From: a virus
Length of the DNA: 6,740 nt
Virus record (IMG/VR): IMGVR_UViG_3300011982_000009
Span: 1 to 6,740 of that record
Reading direction: 5' to 3' (one strand)
In this document: piece after piece, positions 1-4,617 of the stretch
Layout of the letters: every line of letters starts with the position of its first letter
Position numbering within the stretch: the first letter of the stretch is position 1
Program-made: the position numbers and the translations under genes
The notes under the pieces: generated by a model
What the model was told of the DNA's origin: nothing
What the model saw: only the letters and a program-made list of their open reading frames with translations
The model's database searches: none

Positions 1-77
1 ATTAAGCAAAGCATTATCACGTATGAAACGTGCTAACTTGATAGGGGTAAGACCTAAAACGCGAATATCAGCAGCAA
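1..77. repeat. Terminal redundancy from the window wrapping a circular genome. Positions 1-77 are identical to 6664-6740, giving a genome unit of about 6,663 nt.
   Basis: The 77-nt string attaagcaaagcattatcacgtatgaaacgtgctaacttgatagggg...cagcagcaa is read directly at both window ends. Minus-strand ORFs continue in frame across the junction. Confidence 0.95.
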
Positions 78-321
78 GGCCTTTAATATGGTCTGAATTA
101 GGAACACCACCTACATGGCGGTTAACGTTTACATTCCTAAAAGCAGAATTAACAATGATAGGACGTGTAAGAGCATAACGGAGGGTGTCAAGGAACTTAG
201 CAAGTATCTTCAAATTGTCAAACGCAAAGGGGGAAGGCTCGTTGTAACGGCCGTACTTCTTAACGTTGCACAACTCAAAGAGTGTGAAATGTTCTGACAA
301 CTTTACATCTGATTCTAACAT
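1..321 (-). CDS. Peptidase M15-family (L-Ala-D-Glu / D-Ala-D-Ala peptidase-like) cell-wall hydrolase, the putative endolysin. This is the N-terminal 107 codons. The ORF continues across the circular junction into 6550-6663.
   Basis: Manual minus-strand translation from ATG at 321..319 (preceded by an in-frame TGA at 378..376) gives MLESDVKLSEHFTLFELCNVKKYGRYNEPSPFAFDNLKILAKFLDTLRYALTRPIIVNSAFRNVNVNRHVGGVPNSDHIKGLAADIRVLGLTPIKLARFIRDNALLN... This contains S-A-F-R, VGG and the exact zinc-binding signature SxHxxGxAxD (NSDHIKGLAAD, i.e. H-x6-D) of Peptidase_M15 / VanY-like phage endolysins, with a later FVHV histidine. The ORF is 144 aa, the typical size of M15 endolysin domains. Confidence 0.75.
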   Translation of the reverse strand, partial: MLESDVKLSEHFTLFELCNVKKYGRYNEPSPFAFDNLKILAKFLDTLRYALTRPIIVNSAFRNVNVNRHVGGVPNSDHIKGLAADIRVLGLTPIKLARFIRDNALLN

Positions 322-352
322 AGCGAAATAAATAATTAATAATTTACATTCG

Positions 353-360
353 CAAATATA
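353..360 (-). promoter_or_regulatory. Candidate Bacteroidetes-type -7 promoter element (TAnnTTTG) about 32 nt upstream of the hydrolase ATG, in a roughly 130-nt very AT-rich spacer.
   Basis: The minus strand reads TATATTTG at 360..353. No properly spaced -33 TTTG was found (the nearest TTTG is about 31 nt upstream; the consensus spacing is 19-21 nt). No Shine-Dalgarno sequence precedes any gene in the genome, consistent with Bacteroidetes-style expression. Confidence 0.25.
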
Positions 361-452
361 GACAATAAAATATAATCATAAATAAGATAAACAAATATTT
401 TAAGATATTTTTAGAAAATCGACATTTTAAGGTGATTCGATAGCTGTCAGTT

Positions 453-614
453 TTACAATATATGTCGAGATTTAAAAGTACTCGGCACGGTAGGCGCGAG
501 CAACTGACGTGGAAACTGAAAGTAAAATAAGGCTTTTAAGATAGTCGTTTTCGCTGCGCTACAACTCGGACGCATAAGCTGCGTTCGTTCCTCTCTACGC
601 TTTCGGGCGTCCAT
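453..614 (-). CDS. Small, highly basic 53-aa ORF. A possible J/VP5-like DNA-binding or DNA-packaging protein, or a spurious ORF inside a structured GC-rich element.
   Basis: ATG at 614..612 is immediately preceded by an in-frame TAA. Translation is MDARKRREERTQLMRPSCSAAKTTILKALFYFQFPRQLLAPTVPSTFKSRHIL* (11 K/R against 3 D/E). Arg codons (CGN/AGA) partly explain the local GC rise. It sits on the same strand as all the other genes, between the TM peptides and the hydrolase. Confidence 0.35.
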   Translation of the reverse strand: MDARKRREERTQLMRPSCSAAKTTILKALFYFQFPRQLLAPTVPSTFKSRHIL

Positions 615-647
615 TTAACCACTTCGTTTATTTGTACTAAACGTTAT

Positions 648-665
648 GGGGGCAATGCTGCCCCC
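648..665. other. Stable GC hairpin, GGGGGCA-atgc-TGCCCCC (7-bp stem, 4-nt loop). A second C5 run (670-674) offers an alternative pairing partner. On the minus strand the hairpin is preceded by a T10 tract (707..698).
   Basis: Perfect inverted repeat read directly: 648-654 GGGGGCA, 659-665 TGCCCCC. It lies in a roughly 240-nt island (about 480-720) with much higher GC than the flanks, 33 nt upstream of the basic ORF and about 30 nt downstream of the TM38 stop plus T-tract. Confidence 0.5.
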
Positions 666-732
666 TATACCCCCGTCTATTACATTCTACTAAAAACAAA
701 AAAAAAAGCGCAACACTAAGCCACGCTAATTT

Positions 733-849
733 TTAAAGAACACCACATAAATGAAGAATCAACATAAAAAGACCTTCAACCAACATGGGAATAATACAGA
801 CAGCAGCAATAACGCCAACTATCAACCAAAATAATTTCCAATAAGACAT
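733..849 (-). CDS. 38-aa hydrophobic single-pass membrane peptide (candidate holin-like or lysis-accessory peptide).
   Basis: Manual translation from ATG 849..847 to TAA 735..733 gives MSYWKLFWLIVGVIAAVCIIPMLVEGLFMLILHLCGVL. It is almost entirely hydrophobic with one K near the N-terminus. It starts 10 nt after the stop of the preceding 28-aa peptide, on the same strand. Confidence 0.4.
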   Translation of the reverse strand: MSYWKLFWLIVGVIAAVCIIPMLVEGLFMLILHLCGVL

Positions 850-859
850 AACATAAAAG

Positions 860-946
860 TTAAGATACACCTAAAGCGGTAGCAAGTGCAGTGAGAGCAG
901 AAACAGCAATCTGGAGCACCAACTTCCACACATTATTCTTTTTCAT
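860..946 (-). CDS. 28-aa peptide with a cationic N-terminus (MKKNN) followed by one transmembrane helix (candidate holin-like or lysis-accessory peptide).
   Basis: Manual translation from ATG 946..944 to TAA 862..860 gives MKKNNVWKLVLQIAVSALTALATALGVS. It sits 45 nt downstream of the VP2 stop (TAG at 994..992), behind a T-rich spacer. Confidence 0.4.
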   Translation of the reverse strand: MKKNNVWKLVLQIAVSALTALATALGVS

Positions 947-991
947 AACGTAAATAAATTAATAATATTATAAAATAAACAAAAAAAACAA

Positions 992-2017
992 CTACTTCTT
1001 TAAGACATAAGCAGAACCAGCCTTACCAACAAGATTAAGCAAAGGGGAGACAATATGTTCAGACCACCAGTCATAACGAGGAGTATTAAACTTAACCTTA
1101 TTATACTGATAATTACGTTTCTTTTCTTGTGAATCCCAATAATAACTATTTTGCTGATTACGAAGAACGCCAACTTGTTGTCTGTTAATATCCATATAAG
1201 TACCATTAAGACCAATCTGTGAACCCATAAGGCCAATATTAGCATGGTTAACACCTGTTTGAGAAAGAGTGTTTTCAAGAGTGGCAGCAGCTTGTTTATC
1301 ACCAAATTTAGCAGTTATGCCGTTCTGCAAGTCTATACCTTTCTTCTCTGACTCAAGCTTAGCAATACCAGCTTTTAGATTCTCAATTTGTTCAGCAGTA
1401 AGAGAATTTGAAAGACCAGGCTGTTTAATAAGTTCATCCCAAGTCATTGCGCGTAAATCAAAGTCCTGGCTCAAATTATCAGCTTGTTGCTTTGTCAAAA
1501 GACCTTGCTTAACTAACAAATTAATTTGTGCTAAATTTTGAGCCTCACGCGTCTTTGCATCAATCAAATTCAAATTTGTTTCACTCTCAGCCTTGTGAAC
1601 ATTAGCGTTATTAACATCAATTTGAGAACCAGCAGACGCAGCCTGAATGAGTGTATTTGCAGCATTACCAACACCTTGAATACCTGACGAATAATCAACA
1701 GGAGAAGTCGACGCAACAGAGGTCTGATTGCCTGCATTGACTTGACCTAAAATCATGTAAGGGTTAAGACCAGCGTCCTGGAAACGTTGCATCTGGTTAG
1801 CAGGTGTATTATAGGCGTTAGCGTCTTGTACTAATTTTTGTTGCAGTGCATTATTAGAATCAATACTTTTTTTATTCATAACAGAACCAGCAACAGCACC
1901 AGCAGCCGAAATAATAGCAGGAACAGCAGCAGCAACGAGCGGAGCAATAAACTTACGATTATCAATTTGAGCGAGGCCGAAACCTCGTTCAATTGAATTA
2001 AGACTATTAATAAACAT
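992..2017 (-). CDS. Minor capsid / DNA pilot protein (VP2 / H-like), about 341 aa from ATG 2017..2015.
   Basis: It has an N-terminal hydrophobic segment (FIAPLVAAAVPAIISAAGAVAGSV), a ...QMQRFQDAGLNPYMILGQ... stretch resembling the conserved 'AGLNP' region of gokushovirus-type VP2, and a long Q/N/G/A-rich coil-like body. Its position is downstream of VP1. The ATG at 2017 lies 8 nt after the TAA of the upstream 144-aa gene. The 44 codons upstream of it in the ORF track (to 2149) overlap that gene out of frame and read as low-complexity L/S-rich sequence. Confidence 0.8.
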   Translation of the reverse strand: MFINSLNSIERGFGLAQIDNRKFIAPLVAAAVPAIISAAGAVAGSVMNKKSIDSNNALQQKLVQDANAYNTPANQMQRFQDAGLNPYMILGQVNAGNQTSVASTSPVDYSSGIQGVGNAANTLIQAASAGSQIDVNNANVHKAESETNLNLIDAKTREAQNLAQINLLVKQGLLTKQQADNLSQDFDLRAMTWDELIKQPGLSNSLTAEQIENLKAGIAKLESEKKGIDLQNGITAKFGDKQAAATLENTLSQTGVNHANIGLMGSQIGLNGTYMDINRQQVGVLRNQQNSYYWDSQEKKRNYQYNKVKFNTPRYDWWSEHIVSPLLNLVGKAGSAYVLKK

Positions 2018-2027
2018 AGGCAATAAA

Positions 2028-2462
2028 TTAAGATGGGTCACTTGGCGCAGGGTCAGCAGGTGGAGTCGGCTCAACAGGCTTAGGCTCGGTAGGTGCAGGC
2101 TCATCAGGGAACAACTCCTTTGAAACCTCATCAAGAGCATTGCGGACAATGTCCAACTCTACTTCATTCTGATAATGACGTGAAACAATGGCAGCTTGTA
2201 TCTGTTCATCAGTGTAATGATTCGTCTTACTATCATGAGGAACATTGCAAACTAATTGTGAAACAACGTCAGCAACTTCACGCGGTACGTTTTTATCAAC
2301 AAGGCGCGTAATAAGATTAGCACGATGTCCATTTGAAAGCACTGGGTTCAAATTCTCAAACAATTCAGTAGCCTCAATGTCAAGCGTAGTAACAACAGGC
2401 TGTTCAGGAACTAAGCTATTTGCGTAATTAACCTGACAATTAGATAAATAATTATTTTTCAT
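2028..2462 (-). CDS. 144-aa acidic protein with a Pro-rich C-terminal tail. A possible internal scaffolding (VP3-like) or other virion-assembly protein.
   Basis: ATG 2462..2460 lies 5 nt after the VP1 TAG. Sequence is MKNNYLSNCQVNYANSLVPEQPV...DEPAPTEPKPVEPTPPADPAPSDPS. It lies between VP1 and VP2, and its size is similar to microvirus scaffold proteins. The functional call is by position and size only. Confidence 0.5.
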   Translation of the reverse strand: MKNNYLSNCQVNYANSLVPEQPVVTTLDIEATELFENLNPVLSNGHRANLITRLVDKNVPREVADVVSQLVCNVPHDSKTNHYTDEQIQAAIVSRHYQNEVELDIVRNALDEVSKELFPDEPAPTEPKPVEPTPPADPAPSDPS

Positions 2463-2467
2463 ACAAA

Positions 2468-4600
2468 CTAAACTTTTGGCATTCCAGAAACTGACATATC
2501 AGAAATATATGATACATTAAACTCGGTAGAGATACGGAATGGGTCTGTTTTCTCTGTTCCGTCATAATTAACCTCTACAACTTCATTTGTACAGGCAGGG
2601 TCAACAAACAAGAAACCTGCGGGAACACCGTTGAAATTCTTATTCGGGAAGTCACGACCTTTAATCATGCCAACGCCTAACTGATAATTAAATGGAGTAG
2701 GGCGGTGAAGAGTGAGAACTTGCATACTTCGACCAGTCTTAAACTCTCCATGTATGTAGTCAGCACCTGTTTTATACTCATGATAACGAGGCTGCCAACC
2801 ATAAACCTTTGCTAAGGGGAACTTAGAGGTATTATTGCCAAGAGCGCGACCATGCTCGGACAAACGAGAATTAAGATACAACTTATCGTACGCAGCCTTA
2901 ACATCAGATTGATGTTTAGAGTAATACTCCTCAACAGAACCAGATAAATCAGGCAAACGATAATCAGATAACGACGCCCAAGGCGGTAACAAACGTGAGT
3001 AATCAACAGGCTGCATGCCTAAATCTTCCATTTCAGGCACGAAATAATCTTCACGGGCGAACTTGACATTAAACGCATCAATTCCGTCAGAATCATAGAG
3101 AGAAGAGGGAGAGAACCAAGATACGCACATTAACACTCCATGTTCTTTAGCGTCAAAATTGACATGACCTGACTGGCCACTATCGATATAACTACCTTGT
3201 TGACCGAAATTAGTAGAACTATCAGCAGCCTGGCCGTCAGAAGTAGCAATCACAGGGTTGACCTCAAGAACCTTTTGAAAACCTCCACAATAGACAGATT
3301 CGGTCATATCATCTGCAACATTTACGCCATAATGCGCGAGCATTTGTCCTTTATACGTTTTAGGAGCACGGCTGGAAATCTGTTGCATTTTTTCGAAAGC
3401 GAAGATATTGCGTAAATTAGCAGCAGACAACAAATTAGAACTATCAGAAATAAAAGTATTATAAGAATCACTCCAAACGTTATTAGAACCTACATACGTC
3501 TTTATAGTCTGCGATACATCATCAACAAATAAAGGTGAAGGATGTATGTTAGAAAGCAAATCTTTATTATACTTCACATAGCGAGGACTAAAGATATCTA
3601 AAGCGCGGTCAAGTGACTTGATATCGACTTTCAAATCAAACTTAGACTGCATCGAATCAGTACTGAAGAGGTCATCAACATTATAAGATAGGGGATTGAC
3701 ATTCTCAAAGTTGCTATCTAAAAAATGGTCTTGATAAATCTTCTGATATGCTAAAAAGTAGAACAAATTAGCCTCATAAGAATACAAAGATGCGTTAAAT
3801 TCATTAACATTGATTGACTCACCAATATAAGGCATAGCACCATAACGGAAGAGGTCACAGAAACGAACATAAGAGGGTAAAAGTGGATAGCCTAATGCGT
3901 CATAGAAAGGCGCTTTCTGAACAAGATACTTTCCGAAAGGAATATTACCAATTTCAGACTGAACATCATTAAAACTTTCTGTAGGAATACCACTTGCAGG
4001 CTTAGCAGCAGCAACAGAAGAATTATCACCACTTTGACGGCCGTTAGGACGTGAACCACCAAAAAAACCAGGCGATTCGTGAAAACCTGTAACAGGCTGT
4101 GATGAACCACTTGCACCAGCGAAAATCTTATCACCTTGTTTAGGAGAATTAGAGGTGTAAGTAACCATGTCTGGGATATGGCCTGATTCATCAGGAGCAC
4201 CGGCGAAACGGGCAAAGACTTGATAAGGCTTGAAAACAGGCGCTTTAACAGGCTTAGTCTGGGTTGTTTGAGTAGCGTTGTTAGACAACAAACTACTAAT
4301 AAGCGTGTTTTTAGGCTTAAGACCTGTAAACAAGGCTTTTGAATAAGAATACATCAACCTACAAGGAACAAAATAGAAAGCGAAATTCTGTTTCATACCT
4401 AAGAAAGGCCTACCTTTAAGTGTCTGCGCTTGGACAATTGAACGCGTATCTATAGACACGTGGTCATTTGGTTGCATAAACATCTGATAGACAGGTAAAA
4501 TCATACCAGCAGGCTGGGAGTACAAATGAGTTTCCGAGCGGTCAAAGCCATTCCGTGGCCTTTTAGCAGGGTTAACATTAATGTTAGGGACTTTTGACAT
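2468..4600 (-). CDS. Major capsid protein VP1 (F-like), 710 aa.
   Basis: The N-terminus MSKVPNINVNPAKRPRNGFDRSETHLYSQPAGMILPVYQMFMQPNDHVSIDTRS...FAFYFVPCRLMYS matches the conserved Microviridae VP1 N-terminal pattern (F..S.th...G.L.P......PGD....., FFVPyRL). It is the longest ORF and sits directly downstream of Rep. At 710 aa it is in the Alpavirinae-like size class. Confidence 0.95.
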   Translation of the reverse strand: MSKVPNINVNPAKRPRNGFDRSETHLYSQPAGMILPVYQMFMQPNDHVSIDTRSIVQAQTLKGRPFLGMKQNFAFYFVPCRLMYSYSKALFTGLKPKNTLISSLLSNNATQTTQTKPVKAPVFKPYQVFARFAGAPDESGHIPDMVTYTSNSPKQGDKIFAGASGSSQPVTGFHESPGFFGGSRPNGRQSGDNSSVAAAKPASGIPTESFNDVQSEIGNIPFGKYLVQKAPFYDALGYPLLPSYVRFCDLFRYGAMPYIGESINVNEFNASLYSYEANLFYFLAYQKIYQDHFLDSNFENVNPLSYNVDDLFSTDSMQSKFDLKVDIKSLDRALDIFSPRYVKYNKDLLSNIHPSPLFVDDVSQTIKTYVGSNNVWSDSYNTFISDSSNLLSAANLRNIFAFEKMQQISSRAPKTYKGQMLAHYGVNVADDMTESVYCGGFQKVLEVNPVIATSDGQAADSSTNFGQQGSYIDSGQSGHVNFDAKEHGVLMCVSWFSPSSLYDSDGIDAFNVKFAREDYFVPEMEDLGMQPVDYSRLLPPWASLSDYRLPDLSGSVEEYYSKHQSDVKAAYDKLYLNSRLSEHGRALGNNTSKFPLAKVYGWQPRYHEYKTGADYIHGEFKTGRSMQVLTLHRPTPFNYQLGVGMIKGRDFPNKNFNGVPAGFLFVDPACTNEVVEVNYDGTEKTDPFRISTEFNVSYISDMSVSGMPKV

Positions 4601-4617
4601 AATAAAAATATTAAAAA

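Noticed and set aside
36-44. AACTTGATA on the plus strand matches 9 nt of the phiX174 origin core (CAACTTG^ATATTAATAAC).
   Set aside because: It lies on the strand antisense to all genes. The Microviridae ori is nicked on the viral (coding-sense) strand, and the match sits inside the hydrolase coding sequence. A single 9-mer match in 6.7 kb of sequence read on both strands is plausibly chance, and nothing here corroborates it.
115-297. Plus-strand ORFs (115-297, 1269-1541, 2093-2311, 2245-2427, 3197-3415, 5293-5502, 5890-6180).
   Set aside because: All are antisense shadows inside well-supported minus-strand genes (hydrolase, VP2, the 144-aa gene, VP1, Rep). They are 60-96 aa, about the length expected by chance. 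None has motifs or start-codon context, and all real genes are co-directional.
569-585. Small hairpin GACGCA-taagc-TGCGTT, and a ctcggc/gcgcgag imperfect inverted repeat (482-500), in the GC-rich island.
   Set aside because: These are short stems (6 bp or fewer, with a wobble or bulge). They are individually weak and better covered by the overall 'structured GC island versus basic ORF' question than reported as separate elements.
683-1000. Possible intrinsic terminator: AGCG...CGCT weak stem followed by T10 on the coding strand (about 707-730), after the TM38 stop.
   Set aside because: The stem is only 4 bp with a 14-nt loop, so it does not convincingly form. The T10 tract is retained only as part of the hairpin/homopolymer finding.
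2018-2149. N-terminal 44 codons of the 385-aa ORF as called in the track (MSAMLLMRFQRSCSLMSLHLPSLSLLSRLHLLTLRQVTHLNLLP).
   Set aside because: It overlaps the 3' end of the 144-aa gene out of frame, and the composition is low-complexity L/S/R-rich, typical of an off-frame read. A clean ATG at 2017 lies 8 nt after the upstream stop and starts a sensible hydrophobic VP2 N-terminus, so the real start is most likely 2017.
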